From NCBI RefSeq assembly GCF_009914755.1, contig NC_060926.1: a stretch of DNA of 64,000 bases; one strand, written 5' to 3'. The notes beneath the pieces were generated by a model. That model ran no database searches, was not told where the DNA came from, and saw only the letters and a list, made by a program, of their open reading frames with translations. Shown here one piece after another: positions 15,067 to 30,196 of this stretch; position 1 is the first letter of the stretch; the number at the start of each line of letters is the position of its first letter. A program made the translations under genes and the position numbers. This DNA is from the human T2T-CHM13v2.0 reference genome, Homo sapiens.

Positions 15067-15378
15067 CTAGAAAATAAAGACAGAAAACATATGATTATGT
15101 TTTAAAAAAACAAAAGTTAAAACTAGGTTACAAAATTAGAGGACATGCTGAGAATGCTAAAGAAATCCTTTTCTCAATCTTTTCCTCTTCCTTCAGAGAT
15201 GAATTAAAACTAATTTGAAAATGCTTTACTGTATGAAGATGGTATGTGCTTTATCTTATTCTTTATATTTTTCTATATGCTAAATTAGTTGCTTGGTTTC
15301 ACTCATCTTAAAAACTCATTGCTTGGACTGCAAAGTCCTCAACTCAAGCAAGCTCCTTTAAAAGTGTTCTACACATAA

Positions 15379-15712
<334 letters not shown>

Positions 15713-15730
15713 GGTCAATTCTTCTACTTC

Positions 15731-16036
15731 TTTTTTTTTTTTTTTTTTTTTTTTTTTGAGATGGAGTCTTGCCCTGTAGCCCAGGCTGGAGTGCAGTGGC
15801 ACGATCTCAGCTCACTGCAACCTCCTACTCCCGGGTTCAAGCAATTCTCCGCCTCAGCCACCTGAGTAGCTGGGATTACAGGCACCCGCCACCACGCCCA
15901 GCTAATTTTTGTATTTTTAGTAGAGACGGGGTTTCACCATCTTGGCCAGGCTGGTCTTGAACTCCTGACATCGTGATCAGCCCACCTCGGCCTCCCAAAG
16001 TGCTGGGATTACAGGCTTGAGCCACCGCGCCCAGCC
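15731..16036 (-). mobile_element. Alu (AluS-like), second of a tandem pair
   Basis: Full dimer; TSD AATTCTTCTACTTC at 15717-15730 and 16037-16050. Confidence 0.93.
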
Positions 16037-16059
16037 AATTCTTCTACTTCTTAATCCAC

Positions 16060-16620
16060 TCACTCTCCAACCCACCATCATCTGGCTTCTCTTCTCACAT
16101 ACCTTGCAGGAAATGATATCACAAAAATCCATGATGATCTCCTAATTACCAAATATATATATTTTTTTCAGTCTTCATTCTGCCAAACTTCTCTGCTACA
16201 CATAACTGCTGATCATGACCTCCATCTAAAACTCTCTTCCCTGCTGTTCCAGGGCACCATCATCTCCTGATTCTCCTCATACTTCTCTATTTTTTTCCTA
16301 CCTCCTTATGCTCTCACATCCTCCATCCACACTTCAAAAGGTGGTAACCTCCAGTGGTCAATCCTGACCTGCTAACAAACACTTCTTGAGTTCTTCCATT
16401 CTCATGGTTTCACGTACCAACTACAGGCTGAAGACATCCACATCTGGATCTCTAGTTCAGCCCTCTCTGATAAGCTTCACGTTTGTATAATCTACTGTCC
16501 TTCCCTACTTGACTGGAAATTCCTTGAGACAAAGACTATGTATTTATTCATCTTTGTAAACCCAAGTGCCTAGCACAAAAAAAACACTCTATAAATATTT
16601 ATTGAATAAAGAATAAATAT
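16060..16620 (-). mobile_element. L2 fragment
   Basis: CT-rich L2 body ending GTGCCTAGCAC..AAATATTTATTGAATAAA. Confidence 0.6.
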
Positions 16621-16746
16621 TTTGTTGCATTAAATAATGGTGGCTAATGACGTTAGCTTTTTATTTCTTGGTGTTCTTTAATCATAAGAAGACCCAAATT
16701 GCAATATATTCAGGTATTACATTAAAAGATAAAAAGGATTCCTTAC

Positions 16747-16864
16747 CACGTGTTCTAGTTCTTCAAAAGTTTTACAATTCAGCATGGCTTTTAACAAGCA
16801 CTCAGACATCTTCCCTTCCTTCTTAATTTTCTGGATTGTACTATGAACTTTCTTTGCAACAGCC
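16747..16864 (-). CDS. SRBD1: SRBD1 exon 6 ([18 protein letters not shown]...FEELEHV), 118 nt
   Basis: Acceptor tctcttttcag|G and donor GTG|gtaagg; frame consistent. Confidence 0.95.
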
Positions 16865-16914
16865 CTGAAAAGAGAAACTTTTGTAATATACCAAAACTGT
16901 ATGTCAAAACTTTC

Positions 16915-17900
16915 TTTTCAAAGCTACCTCAAACTTACAGAAAAGTTGCAGGTAAAGTAAAAGGAACTTTATTGTCTCTGAACTGTTTGAGAATAAGTTA
17001 ACATCCCTGCACTCCAACACTTTAGTGTGATTTCCTACAAATACAAATCTTCTACATAACCACAAAATAACCATCATTATCAGGTAATTAACACTAATAT
17101 ATTACTACCATCTAATGCAGAGCTCATTCAGGTTTTACCAACTGTCCCAATAATATCCTTTATAGTGGATTCAGTTAAGAATTATGGGTTACATGTAGTT
17201 GGCATGCAACTACGGTCTCCTTCAAGCTAAAACAATATTTTAGTCTCTCCTTGATTTTCTTCTCCTTGATAAGGCCTTGATGTTTTTGAACGCTACTGGA
17301 CAGTTATTTTGTAGAATGTCCTGCAGCTTGGGTTTCTCTGATGTTTCCTCACAATTAAATACCGATGGAGCATCTTTGGCAGAAATATCATAGAAGTCAT
17401 ACTGTGTTCTTACTACACGTTATTAGGTGACAAATGATTTTGATTTGTCTCATTACTAATTAACTTTGATCATTTGATTAAGGTAGTATCTGTGGGTTTC
17501 TCCAAGACACAGGTACTCTTTATTCCTCTTGTAATTATAAGTATTTTGTGGAGAGGTACTTTGAGACTATATAATTATCCCATTCCTCATTAAACTTTGA
17601 ATTTATTCACTGATTTATTTATATCACTATAGATTTAATGGTTTTTTATTTTACTTAGTGCTACAATCCATTGCTATCATTTATCTTAATGTTCAAATTT
17701 TTCCAGATTTGGCCAAAAGTAACCCCTTCAAGCTAGCTTCTGTGTCCTTTTGACATGTATCTGTCATTCTGCGAGCACTTCCTTATTCTCTGGCATATGA
17801 TATTTCAGGCTTATCTTCTAGTTTCCCTGCCCCAGCCCTGGAATCAGAAGAATGATACTTAAAAACCAAGGTATAGGTACTAGATATGCTCATTGCTACT
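16915..17900 (-). mobile_element. L1MC-type 3' end
   Basis: AAACTTACAGAAAAGTTGCA..GTTATTTTGTAGAATGTCC..GAGGTACTTTGAGACTAT. Confidence 0.7.
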
Positions 17901-19921
17901 GGAGTATCACTGCTCAGGATGGGCACACCTAGCACCCATAATTGGTTTCCAAATACCATTCCCCACTAAAAAGAACCAGGATTCCATGTAGAAAAGTTGA
18001 TTCCAGGAATCAATTTACAGGGATCACTAAACAACTAACGACAAAAGGAAGGGTGGGCACAGTAGTTCCCCCACTTTACAACAGGTTTTCACTGTGAATA
18101 TACAATCCTGTTGTTACAGTTAATGCTTCTCATCCTACTGTATTACCTCCTATTTATAGAATCTGCCTAATAATGGTATTGCTAAAATGATGGGCAAAAG
18201 TTAGAGATGATAATATGATTTATTCAAAATGATCGATGGAAAAGAAAATTAAATCTACTTGTAAATTAAAAAAAAAAACTAAAGGCAGAAGACTATAAAT
18301 TAAAGAGAAGAATATAAATTAAAAAGAAGAATATGCAGTACTTAGATTACAACCTGTATGTCTTCTATAGTCATGGTAGCCCAAGACTGTTTTCAAGGGC
18401 TAAAGCCTACCAGGTCATTTTAACAAAAAGCCAATTCCTTTTGTCCTATTAGCCTGCATATAAGGAAGAAGAGAATTATCTTTAGAGAAAAATACAGAAA
18501 ACTTTTCTTACTATCCAGAATCATACTCTTTAATTCACTTTTCAACAGTGAATTTAAAAATGTTTTACGTTGCAACCCAGTATACATACATATAGATGCT
18601 ACATAATTGAAACATTTCATGAAACAATATTTGCCTTTACCACATAAATGTACTCTTGTATTTTCTATTCACTATTTCATTTTTTAAGTGGTATGACTTA
18701 TTAAATTGGTTTTACTTCTCATGTAGGGGTAGCAATTAACAAATTGAAAATCAATGCTCTAGTTATAGAAAATGCTGAGCTCAAGAAAAAATAAAGATCA
18801 TATCTCATTACCAGAAAGAAATTTCTGTATTATAGAAAAAGATCTCTTAAGTTCCAGTCAATGCCCCCACTTACTTCAAGGAATATTCACTCCTCTACTA
18901 ATATTCAATGTATTCCCCTATTCATAGAAACCCAGAGAATGGAATTCTTTTGCAATAGAAGGGTTTTTTAAAGAAAAAGAAAATAATAATATTCTTGATA
19001 TACAGCTCCTATTTGTCTCCCATACAACCAAATATTGTTAGACTACCCTTTAATTTTTTAAGCAAGCTTTTCTTGCTTGTGAGGCTTTCTCCAATTTCAG
19101 ATCCAAAACCCTCAGACTTTCTTAATTACCTTGCCTTCAACCAAACAGAAAGCTTACTTCAGAATTTGCAAACTGCTGGCCTTCTAGGTGTGGTCAAGAG
19201 TGGTTTTGTTTGGCCTAGAAATTTGTTACGTAAAAACTCAAATTACCAGCTTCTTTTCAGAAACAGGAAGAACCAGCAAACTGGGCAGACAACCCTGCAT
19301 GACAGTAATCTACTGGAGACGAGCAAGGGTTGCCCCTCTTAGACAGGGTTTGTAATCTCCAATTCTTATTCCCCATGCTTGATTATCCTAGCCTGGCTCT
19401 GGAACATTTGCATCTGAGACTATTTGATTTAGTCATTTATATTTTTACATTGGCAAATTGATTCTGCCTCTCAATGAAGTATAACTTTCCACATATTAGC
19501 ACTTTAATTCTCCTGACACTAAAAGAACGTCAAGAGGTAGAAAAGTGAGATGCAAGTTCCCCCAAAATAACAGAAAGCTTGTCAAGCTTGTTATAAAAAT
19601 TACCCTTAATACTTTTAAAATGGCTTCATAGTAGAATGATAATCCAATTTTAATCAGATCTTTTTTGTACACTTGAAGAATGTACACATTAACACAGTGC
19701 CCATGGGAGACATGCAATAAATGCATAAGCAGTGAAGTGTTTTAATAAACCCTATCGAATAATATGGTCAGTCTTGTAGTCTTTGTACACATATTTCTCA
19801 GTTATTAGCAGTGAGTCCAGAGGCATAATTTTTTTAAAAAGGTACTTTCCATTCTGTAACCATACAAAACTTACAATCCACTATTGTTAAATTACCATAA
19901 CCATTAAAAGTATGGGAAAAA

Positions 19922-20243
<322 letters not shown>

Positions 20244-20660
20244 CTACCAAACTCTATACTGCCAAAGAACTCTCCACTTAGGAACTTTATGAAATTAAAA
20301 GGACAGATTTATGTGAGTGGTTAAAAGAGTTAGAATAAAATGTACTTTCTGAGTTTCCTGCTGGCAGTCCTAATTTTGCCATTATGCCCAACCTTTTCTA
20401 TGAAAGAAGATGACAGTCAAACTCTGAGGCACACACTTTTACTGCAAATGACCTTTTTGCTAATACATGCTCAAGCTATGCATAAACACACCAGCAGAGG
20501 GACTCCATACACTCGCTAAATAAAGAGGACTATATCCAGATTACAATAATTCAAGGAAACAAAATGTTGAAATTGTCAAATATACCGTCATTCACTTTCT
20601 CACTGTTCCTCATTGGCCTTTTCCCCTTACACTAGGCTTATTCTTTTTTAGGTTTCTTAC

Positions 20661-20827
20661 CGTAGCTCTTCTAGGGTTTGCTGAACTTCTCTCAAGGAAT
20701 CAGCATCAAGGTTATTAATGAGCTCTTTTCTATAACGTATAATGAAGGGAATTGTGTTATCATCATTAAAGAGACGAATGATGTTGGCACAAACCCAAGG
20801 TTCAATATTAGTTCTCTCAGATAAAAC
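20661..20827 (-). CDS. SRBD1: SRBD1 exon 5, start of Tex-like N-terminal domain ([11 protein letters not shown]...[11 protein letters not shown]...LEEL-R), 167 nt
   Basis: Acceptor tttgcag|GTT and donor CG|gtaaga. [11 protein letters not shown] corresponds to the Tex hallmark TVPFIARYRKE. Overlaps ORF 20657..20875. Confidence 0.97.
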
Positions 20828-21600
20828 CTGCAAATTAAAGATACTTAGTGATTTAAAATGCTGAAAATTAAACATCTATATCATGTATAATTTAAAACAT
20901 AGTATCAAATAATGTTCTCCAGTGACTTAGAAACTACTTGCTATAGTTTTTTAAAAAAAAGAAAGCCATATAAAATACATGTATCCATTGACAATCATAA
21001 TGGTAAAATAGCCATTTCACAAATTCAATAAAATCTAATCCAAACCACTGTATCATTCAAATTCCAGTGTTCAATGAGGGCACTTTTTAATGATGCAATG
21101 ATATACTTTTCATCTCTCATATTGGTAGCAAAGCAAGGAGTTGGTAACTCACTTTGTCAGCATGAGAGCAAAGGAAAGCCATTTTTAGTCATTGCTAGTG
21201 AGCAATTTGGCAATATCTATGAAAATTTACAATGCATAAACAAACTTTGGCCCAGCAGCAATTCTACTACTGGAAATTTATCATAACATATACATGCCTC
21301 TAGAAAATATTATTTATAATAATTTTTTTTTGAAGAACTGTCCCTAGCAGAGTAAAGGTGAGCAAAAACCTAAGTTTACAATGGAGGAACTGGAAAATAT
21401 GTTATGCCCATACTAAATACCATGCAAGCATTTAAGAATCTGAGGCAGCTCTATATGAACTAATATGAAATGATTCACAAGATCTGGAAATAAAAAGGTA
21501 ATTGGTTGGGTGAGGGTTAGAGTTGGAAGACCCTTCTATATCTTTTGAATTTTGTATCATGCACAAATACAACATCTTCAAGCTAATTAATTACTTTTTA

Positions 21601-21898
21601 ATTTTTTTATTTTTTTGAGACAGTGTCTCGCTCTTTCACCCAGGCTGGAGTGCAGTGGCACAACTGTGATTCAATGCAACCTTGAACTCGCAGGCTCAAC
21701 TGATCCTCCAGCCTCAGCCTCCAAATAGCTGGGACTACAAGCCACGCCATCACACCTGGCTAATTTTTTTTTTTTTATTAGTGGAAATGAGGTCTTACTA
21801 CATTGCCCAAGCTGGTCTCAAATACCTGGGCCCAAGCAATCCTCCCGTCTCAGCCTCCGAAAGTGCTGGGATTACTGGCATGAACCACCGAAACAGGC
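21601..21898 (-). mobile_element. Alu (AluJ-like)
   Basis: Diverged dimer; TSD AATTAATTA(C/T)TTTT. Confidence 0.9.
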
Positions 21899-21914
21899 AA
21901 TTAATTATTTTTTA

Positions 21915-22383
21915 AAATATTTGTTTTAAAATATTATTTATTTAAAATCATTGGTATTTTAAATATTTAATTATTTTAAATTATAAATATTAAAATATTT
22001 AAAATTATTTTAAATTATAAATATTAAAATATTTAAAATTATTTTAAATTATAAATATTAAAATATTTAAAATTATTTTAAATATTTAATTATTTTAAAT
22101 TATAAATATTAAAATATTTAAAATTTTTTAAATATTTAATTATTTTAAAATATAATTATTAAAATATTTAAAATTTTTTAAATATTTAATTATTTTAAAT
22201 TATAAATATTAAAATATTTAAAAATTTTTAAATATTTAATTATTTTAAAATATTATAAATATTAAGATATTTGAAATTATTTTAAATACATATTAAAATT
22301 GATGTTAATTATAATATTAAAATACTAATATTTACAATAATATTAAAAGATGATTAATTATTTAAATATTTAATTATTTTTAA
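21915..22383. repeat. AT-only minisatellite (34-bp then 50-bp period)
   Basis: No G or C from 21955 to 22265; AATATTTAAT recurs at 22081, 22131, 22181 and 22231. Confidence 0.95.
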
Positions 22384-25300
22384 GTCTACAGGTTTTAGCA
22401 AAATGTACAGTTAAACAGAAAAGTTTACAAAAGTCAGCCCGGAAAAGAGAAAGAATAAAATCCAATTTTAGTAGCTTCCCAAACCCTAAGCAGCTCTTTC
22501 AAAGTAAAGAACAAAAGGAGTACGTTTTATTATTATTTCAACCCTGAATGCCCAAGATCTGACAGAAACTGGGGTAAAAAACAGGGAAAATTTATTAAAG
22601 AATTATCGTAATCAACTGATTATCAAAATCAAGTCCAGATACATAACAGACTGAATTTCAAGACTACATATGAAATAAATGGCTAAACTCCAGAGACTAT
22701 AGAGGATATCTCATTCTCGGGGCACATTAAATCCTGAGGTCTACATCTTATCACCCATTCTGATGGATTAATGCCAATTCTGACAAGAAAGCCAATTTCA
22801 CATTTCTATCCCTGACTCTCTTTCACATGAGCTCTAGACTCATTTAGCTAACTATTTTGACACATTCTCTTGGAAATCTAATGGGCATCTCAAACCTTGC
22901 ATTTCCAAAGTTATCTTCTTCTCAAACTTATTTCTCCTCTACTTTTACCCATATTATGCTATTCAAATGGCAATTCAACCCAGAAAACTGAGTCTAACTC
23001 TTCCAACTCCTTCAACTCTTAAATCCAATCCATCTTAAGAACCAGTCAACTTGAACTGCAAAATATTTCCTTACTCTGTCACTGTTCTTCATTTCTTCTG
23101 CCCCACACCCCAGTCTAGTTCTAGCCTGAACTAATGAAATAGCTTTTACCTGTTCTCCCTGCATCCACTCTGTCTCATCTATTCCAGTATACACAAAGCA
23201 ACAAGAATGTTATTTTCAAAATGTATACTGGATGTTGACCTGTCACTGATTTCCCGTTGCATTTGGAATCCAAACTCCTTACCATGACCCAAAAGAAAGC
23301 AGCCTCTCTCCAACCTCATCTTATCCAGTCTTTCCCTAGATCATTAGATGCCAGCCCAATAGCCTTCTCTCAGTTCCTAGAACAAGGCCAGTTACTTTGC
23401 TCTTAAGAGGCCTTCATGAGGCTCCTCCCTCTTTAGAAATACTCCTGTTGCTTGTTATCTTCCCTGACCCTCACAAAATCAACTCATTTATATTTTCTCT
23501 CTCAAACCTGTACCTTTTCCTGTTTCCTGTTCCAGTCCACATCATGTCATCTACCACAGAAACCTTAGGAGATACTGTGGTTATCTCCCATAATACTGTG
23601 GCCACCTCTCTCCATTATATAGCAGCTATGTGGCTTGACAGCACTTGACCCTAACTCCAGCTCTACAGCATGAGGCTCAAGGAACCAGCTGTTTTCAGAA
23701 TTAACAGCCTGAGTGCTGCATTGCTCTGGCCAGAGAGATTAGCCCAATCAGCATAAAGTTAAGATTTGGGCTGGAACTTCCTCTGAAGAAATACAGTTTG
23801 TAGAGGTAGAAATTCAAAGTTGTAGCCATTTTATTGTTATGAGGATGGTGGTGCTAAGAGAATAGTAGATTGTTTCAGTGAACTGACCGAAAATTTCCTG
23901 TTACATAGGTCAATAAATCTCCTTTATTGCTTAAACTAGTTTGAGACAGTTTTCTTTCATTGTAATCAAAAGCATTCTAATCAATGGCCTAAGCATCACT
24001 GTATATTCTCTATCACATCCATCTACTCTGTCACCAAGGAGGCAAACAGAACTTATAAAATGTCTGTTCCCTCCCCCCTCAAGCTCTGTTTCCACTAATA
24101 GCATCTTTGATCTGAACCCATAGTAGGTATTTATTGTTGTCTATGCCTCCCACCCATCCCATCTGCATTACTACAGATATTTCTAAAATACAAATATAAT
24201 CAAGCCCCTTATTTTCTTCTTTTGTTTGAACTTAAGCTCCAATGACTCTTAGCTACCTACAGGTAAAGGTCAACCACACTTCCCTCTTGAGAGGCCTTCA
24301 TGAGGCTGCTCATGAAGAAGTTAGCAATCTAGAGGGGAAGATAAAATATTAATCCAAATAAGTAAAAATAAAACAGCATGTGCCAGGCAATAAGTGGCAC
24401 CATGTTTTTAAAGAAAAGATCTCCCTGAGGTAACCAAGGGAGGCCTGCTGAAGGAATAGCATTTTGGTTGACCCTTGAAAGATAGGCAAGATTCTGAAAG
24501 ACAGAGATGACAGGTGGAAACGACAGGAATGCTCATCATTTTGGAACTGTGTGATTGTTAGAGCAATCCATGGGCTCCCACTACCCAACAGCTCAGTTAT
24601 TGTTGAATAAAAGAAACCTAAGACAGCTAAGACTCCAGACACTGGATGGTACTAGGTCCTAACAAATCCATATGGCATCATGTATGTTATGGGAGTGTAC
24701 AGTGCTGCTTATGCAAATTTGATCCTTGAAATTAAGGCTAACAAAACCACATACAAGCAGTCTTCATTCTGGGGACTCCAAATCACCAAATGTTTTCTAT
24801 ATTGATTCAGTTGAACATTTATTTTAGCTCATATTATATGCCAATAACCATACTAAGCCAATGATAATCAAGATGTAAAAAAAATCAAGTGCCTCTTCTC
24901 AAGGAGCTAACAAGCTAACAAAAGCAGACAGACATGTAAATAGTCAACATACAGTATGGTTCATACTCTGACAGAAGTGTATATACATTGTTTTAAGACC
25001 ACAGGAAAGGTGGAAACATCGAATTCTGCAGCAATGGAAAAGCAAAAAGAGAATGAAGGTATTTCCAGGCAGCTAAACAGGGAGGCAGGAATTCCAGGAA
25101 CAGAGAATAACATCAAAAGCCTCTGATGAGAAACCAATGCACATGTTTTAAATCGCTAAAAGTTCAGTAATGCTGAAATATATAAAACTGCCTTTGCAAA
25201 AATCATAACTGAGAAAATTATTACAGCGAAAGAGATCTGACCTAACCAATTCCATCTTGTTCCTAACCTCCAAGCTGTCTTTGTCCATTCCTAGGCGTAG

Positions 25301-25458
25301 GCTGAACTAACTCTGGGAGGAACTCAGTTTACAGTTTAGCTTTGAAACGAAGACAATAACAGCATTTTTGCAAAACAAATCCCCTTCCTGCCTGGGGACT
25401 AGACTCCTTTGTAGGACTAACAAATTAGCCACAAGAGTAGAAATTATGGTTCAGGAGT

Positions 25459-26134
<676 letters not shown>

Positions 26135-26696
26135 GGAGTCATGCAGCTGGAGGCTTCAGGATTTTAAAAATCCCCAAATTGCTCCTGGGGATAACATTCC
26201 CATTGTAAAACCTAAGATCAGTGCTTAAGATATTTTGCAGACCCTGCACTACATGGATCAGATGGCAACATGCAGATTGATAACCTAGTTCATCTGGTCT
26301 TATGGCCCCCACCCAGGAACTGACTCAGCAGAAGAGGACAGCTTTGACTCCCTATGATTTCATCTCTGACCTAACCAATCAGCACTCCTGACTCACTGGC
26401 CCCCTACCTACCAAATTATCTTAAAAACTCCAATTCCCGAGTTTTCAGGGAGACTGATTTGAGTAATACTAAAACTCTGGTTTTCCACACAGCTGGGTCT
26501 GTGTGAATTACTCTTTCTCTACTGCAATTCTCTTGTCTTGATAAATAGGCTCTGTGTAGGCAGTGGGCAAAATGAACCCATTGGACAGTTACATGTACAA
26601 GGAGTGTGAAGATCAGGTGAGAAATGGAAAGGTGGATGAGGCTACATGGTGAATTCTATAGAGTTTGAACTTGATATCCTATACTCAATATGAAGC

Positions 26697-27720
26697 TGTT
26701 ACAGGTAGTTAGACAGGCATGAGCATGGCAGGAGAGCCCCCCTCCCCAACTAGGAATGTTGGGTGATGGTTCAGCAATTATCACATTGCCTCTCTAAAAG
26801 TGATAAATTGGCAGCCAGCCCCAGGAAGAGGCCATTTCCTGATGGTCCATACTTATTACACTAAAGTGTTAACTGAATGCAGACACCAGGGAGAAGCAAC
26901 TTCCCGGACATGCACACTGAGAGACAAAATGGTGGAGTATGACCTTCCAGTGTGATATGGTTTGGCTATGTGCCCACCCAAATCTCAACTTGAATTGTAT
27001 CTCCCAGAATTCCCACGTGTTGTAGGAGGGACCCAGGGGGAGGTAATTGAATCATGGGGGCCAGTCTCTCCTGTGCTATTCTTGCGATAGTGAATAAGTC
27101 TCACCAGATCTGATGGGTTTATCAGGGGTTTCCACTTTTGCTTCTTCCTCATTTTCTCTTGCTGCTGCCATGTAAGAAGTGCCTTTTGCCTCCCACCATG
27201 ATTCTGAGGCCTCCCCAGCCATGTGGAACTGTAAGTCCAATTAAACCACTTTTTCTTCCCAGTCTTGGGTATGTCTTTGTCAGCAGCATGAAAACAGACT
27301 AATACATAGGGACACACCACCAAAGAAGCAAAGAAAGCCTCAGATGGGCTATGTACAACTTCCTAAACACACACCATGTACTCACCTCCCAAGCATAAGG
27401 AGGGCACTGCACATGCGGGCAGCCCACTCTAAGGGAAGAATCACGGGAAAGGGGCTGGCCTATAAAGTCCTAGGATCAAAGTTAAACACCACACTTGACC
27501 TCAGTGCCTGCTTGGGTCTCTTCCGAGCATACTTTCCTTTCCTTTCTTTCCTGTTCTAAAGCCTTTTAAACAAACTTCCACTCCTACTCTGAAGTTTGCC
27601 TTGGTCTCTCTTGCTTTATGCCCCTCAGTCGAATTCTTTGGAGGAGGAGGCAAAAACTGAGGTTGCTGCAGACCCTTACAGATTTGACATCAGTAACTTG
27701 GATACCTTCCACTGGTAACA
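26697..27720 (+). mobile_element. ERV1 solo LTR (MER50-like), split by a THE1A-like LTR
   Basis: TGTTAC...GTAACA termini with perfect 4-bp TSD AAGC (26693-26696, 27721-27724); TATAAA near 27461. Confidence 0.75.
26953..27306 (+). mobile_element. THE1A-like MaLR solo LTR
   Basis: TGATATGGTTTGGCT...CAGACTAATACA with GGGTTTATCAGGGGTTTCC. Confidence 0.88.
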
Positions 27721-27807
27721 AAGCCATTCAACAATGGATCCACTCATTGTTTGGTCTCACCTGTTGAGTCAACCCCCTTTTCAAGAGTTGATGAGATCTA
27801 TGAACTA

Positions 27808-27950
27808 CAGCAGTGGTTTACAATGTGTGGTCCCCAAACCAGCAGCATAAGCATCATCTGAGAACTTGTTAAAAATGCAAATTCTTGGGTCCCACCCAAA
27901 AGCCACTCAATCAGAAACTCTGGGGTGGGGGTTTAATAACGTGTGTTTGA
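27808..27950. mobile_element. MER5A-like DNA transposon fragment
   Basis: CAGTGGTTT..AGCATCATCTGAGAACTTGTTAAAAATGCAAATTCT. Confidence 0.75.
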
Positions 27951-29729
27951 GAAAAATTAGGCAAACAACAAAGAAACAACTAAAAGAGCTAAAAACAGAG
28001 AACAAGTCTTAGAGTTGGGAAGGGGTAGGGCAAAGAACTACCATAGTTTTCACTTATAAGCAATTCACATTTATTACTTTTATATTTTTTAAAAATTAAC
28101 TGGCAGATAGGAATGAGAGTAAAGGGGAAAAAAGGCACTCTCGAGAATTTTTTGTACTTCTAAGACAGAGGTACTTATTTTGACTGTTGTTTTAGGCTAA
28201 TTCCTCTATAGAGTCTATTACGTTCCAAACACTCTTACACAGTCAATATAAACTCATTTAAACTATATGAGAAAGGTACTTTATTGTTCCCATTTTATAA
28301 ATGCAAAAACTGAGGGCCGAAAAAGTAAACTGCCCAAAATTCCACAAGCTATATAACCTCTTCAAAAATTCAATTTATATGCCAAGCAAGATGATTCCTC
28401 AGGCATAATCCTCATGTGTCAAGGGCACAACCAAGTGGAAGCAATGAATTATGGGGGGCGGTTTCCCCTATGCTGGTCTCAGGATAATGAGTCTCATGAG
28501 ATCTGATGGCTTAAAATGCCCTCTCTAAAACCTCCAAGAAAATGCTTTTTCCCAAAGTGTCCTGAGATTTACTCCTCCAAAAGGAAATTGCTATTTCCTC
28601 AGTTAAAAAGAAAACATCTTGGCATCAAGCAAATAAACTATAGCCTTAATCATCCAGGCAGCATCTGCATTTTAAAAGAACATCTAAGTTAAATGACTCT
28701 CTAATGAGTGAAATTGAGAGAATTTTCTATTCTAAATCACTCCCAAACCAGCGACTGGCCACCTCCCCTCTGAAAAGCTGTTGATTTCTGCTGTTCTCCT
28801 TACCCTTACCTAGTTATTTCACTGTATCACTTATTCTACTACACACACAAGTTTCCTTACAGATTGCAAAAGGAAAAACCAGTGCTGTTAGAAATCAGAA
28901 GAGTGGTTGTATGAGACAGAAGGAGGAATTGGAAAATAGTATAAAGGGGGATTTTGAGATGTTGGTAATGTTCTGGAAGCTTGTTGCATGGTTACACTTT
29001 TGAACATCTCTGAGCTGTACATTTATGTACAATATTCTGTATGTTATACTTCAAAAAAAGGTTGTTTTTTAAAAAGACCATAATAAACACTACCAACTAA
29101 ATTATATTAACAAAAAGTACCAATTTCTCTTATTTAATTTCTCCTGGACAAATAGGTTAAACCTAATAAGTGGTTCCGCCTTTATACACAGAATTGCACT
29201 GAGATACACAACTCAGAAATGTTGACCACTTTTTGTCTCACTTCTTTCCCCAATTTTGTCATCCCATGGCTTTCTTCACGCACATAATTCCACACAATTC
29301 CACACAATCTCTTGCAACAAAGGGAAAACAGCTAATAAAAAAGGTTTTGTTTGCCTTTTCTCCCTGTTTAGCAAACTTTACTAAGATATTACACATGGCT
29401 GCTCAACTCCCCTACACTCACCACTCCCGAAAGAAACTGGACAACAACCACCTTTGGAGCAGTTTAATTTTCCCAAAAATTGTCTGTAGCTGGTCACTTC
29501 TTCAAATTCTTATAGTTCATGGTATCCAAAACATATCTGCAAAATAACTTTAACAAAAACTAGTTTCTGGTCGCAATCACACATTTGCAGTTTGGGAGAA
29601 AGGGCTGAAAAGGAGTAGGTTGCTTCTGTCAAAAGACCTGGTGATCCCCAACCCCGGATCAGGAAATAGAAACAAAATACATTCATGTATAATGTCTGTT
29701 AAAACATTATAGGAAGCCATTGTTTTGGA

Positions 29730-30196
29730 TGAAGCTCCTGCAGTAGGCCCCGATAGACCCTATGTTCCATAGACTAAAAATCAAAATGAACTCACCCTGG
29801 CTAAAATTTTAGTCACCAAACTAAAACAAAGTTGTTATCTGACTTTCCAAGAAATCTAAAGAATGATAACAGCCAATTTATCAAACAGGCCAGTTTCAAT
29901 CTTCAATAGGCATGATAATAAAGTTCCCTCTACTTTAATCCTTATACAAAAAGACTGAAGTAACTTCATTTTATCTGTTATTTTTCTATTTTTCTGTCTC
30001 CCTCTCTCCACTTTACAAGGAAAGCAATCCACTTTCTGTTGTTTCTGCTTTCATTAGTCCTATCTATAAAACCAACCCCCCTGCTTAATTCATTAGAACA
30101 CTTATCCTATTTTATGAAATGAAGTGTTGCTTGATTCTAGAATCATAAACCCAACAGAGATCTTTAAACTAAACTTGTAATTTTGTCCTTTTGACA
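29730..30196 (+). mobile_element. ERV1-type solo LTR (MER34/39-like; subfamily uncertain)
   Basis: TGAAG... start, CTATAAAA, ends AATTTTGTCCTTTTGACA. Confidence 0.55.

Noticed and set aside
18294-18334. Two-copy 20-bp tandem repeat TATAAATTAAA(G/A)AGAAGAA
   Set aside because: Trivial slippage in A-rich DNA.
21915-22383. Periodic repeat as a CRISPR-like array
   Set aside because: There are no unique spacers and no cas genes; it is eukaryotic intronic minisatellite.
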